Shown: one piece after another, positions 63,237-64,000 of the stretch
Position numbering within the stretch: the first letter of the stretch is position 1
How the letters are laid out: each line of letters begins with the position of its first letter
DNA from: a bacterium
GTDB lineage: Bacteria > UBA8248 > JACPRG01 > G963555815
Length of the DNA stretch: 64,000 bases
Reading direction: 5' to 3'
Assembly: GCA_965261595.1 (NCBI GenBank)
Contig: CBDHDG010000006.1
Span: 160,001 to 224,000, forward strand
Notes under the pieces: generated by a model
The model's input: the letters and a program-made list of their open reading frames with translations, nothing else
The model's database searches: none
Told to the model about the DNA's origin: nothing
Position numbers and translations under genes: made by a program

Positions 63237-64000
63237 CTAGAACTGGCGGACGAAACGCAGCTCGGCGCGGGTGCGCTTGTAGTCGTACAGCTGCGCGTTG
63301 GATTCGCGCGCCTCGTTCACCACCACGAGCTGCGGGCTGAACCCGAAGACCGTGAAAACGCGGTTAAAGACCGAGGCCTGCAGGATCCGGGTCCGGTCCT
63401 CGCGGGACGAGCCGTCCGTCGTGAACGGGAACCACCCGCCTTCGTATTGCGTCCAGCGCATCTCGCCGCTGCCGCCCACCGTGAAGCCGAGCGGCAGGGC
63501 GATGGAGGCGCCGAGCCGCGCCCACCCGGACTTGTTGCGCCAGGGCTGCGACTCCGGGCGTTCGCGCCCGTAGCCCACCGTGGCGTGGGTCCGGATTGTG
63601 GACGTGGCCAGCCAGGCGCCGCTCAGCGAGAGGGCCAGGACCGGCCCGTCCAGGTGCTTTCTTTTCCGGTACGCGCGCTCGTGCCAGGAAGCCCGCCCCC
63701 AGGCCGTCAGTTTTCGGGTGAAACGGTGATTGATCTCGAAGCGGGCGCCGAGCGCACTGTCGTTGTGTGCGACTACACTGTCCTGGATCTCGCCGCCGGT
63801 CCAGCGCCGACGGGCGCTACCGAGCAGGCTGAGCTCCGTGTTCGCCGCCGCCCTCCAGCGCGGCCCGGCGTGCAGCGAGACGAACATCTGATCGAATTCG
63901 TTGCCCTCGTATTCCCGGCGGGAGGCGTCCGCGCCCAGGCGCAGCCTCAGGCGCTTGCCCAGTGGATGCTGGTATTCGCCGCCGCCCCACAGGATGAGCC
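63237..64000 (-). CDS. Outer-membrane beta-barrel, Slam/DUF560-like (5' end outside window)
   Basis: Alternating beta-strand pattern; GFSPQL....RESN..LYDYKR..AELRFVRQF ending in the terminal Phe of a beta-signal. Confidence 0.7.
   Translation of the reverse strand, partial: LILWGGGEYQHPLGKRLRLRLGADASRREYEGNEFDQMFVSLHAGPRWRAAANTELSLLGSARRRWTGGEIQDSVVAHNDSALGARFEINHRFTRKLTAWGRASWHERAYRKRKHLDGPVLALSLSGAWLATSTIRTHATVGYGRERPESQPWRNKSGWARLGASIALPLGFTVGGSGEMRWTQYEGGWFPFTTDGSSREDRTRILQASVFNRVFTVFGFSPQLVVVNEARESNAQLYDYKRTRAELRFVRQF

Overview
GC-rich bacterial chromosomal window. The left ~52 kb holds housekeeping and catabolic genes: greA, a LOG-family gene, an ABC exporter with an AttH lipocalin, trmB, a sigma-70 factor, a Mo-hydroxylase/amidohydrolase/UbiD cluster, a two-component system, selA-selB, thiL, Rieske oxygenases, a GMC oxidoreductase and an 8-oxoguanine-deaminase-like gene. 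The right ~12 kb is mostly IS3, IS1595 and IS1380 elements, a RAYT remnant and several REP-like repeat families. The main hidden signal is selenocysteine recoding missed by the ORF track. (1) An iodothyronine-deiodinase-like selenoprotein (FTGAIT-U-PPF...YVREPHP) converges on selAB and is split by an IS3 copy with a 4-bp target duplication. (2) An OsmC-like selenoprotein (GPNPF...GL-U-T) lies behind a Rieske oxygenase, between two inverted IS3 copies. Both UGAs have a GCNGC-stem hairpin exactly 11 nt downstream. Also notable: three paralogous ferritin-like diiron proteins, two of them in a four-gene operon where one copy has lost a metal ligand; a bacterial GTDC1/QTMAN-like glycosyltransferase beside trmB; a divergent AT-rich UDG-fold gene between REPs; and a 209-bp tandem promoter duplication. 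Several single-base frameshifts may be sequencing artefacts. All family assignments come from motif recognition by eye; no searches were run.
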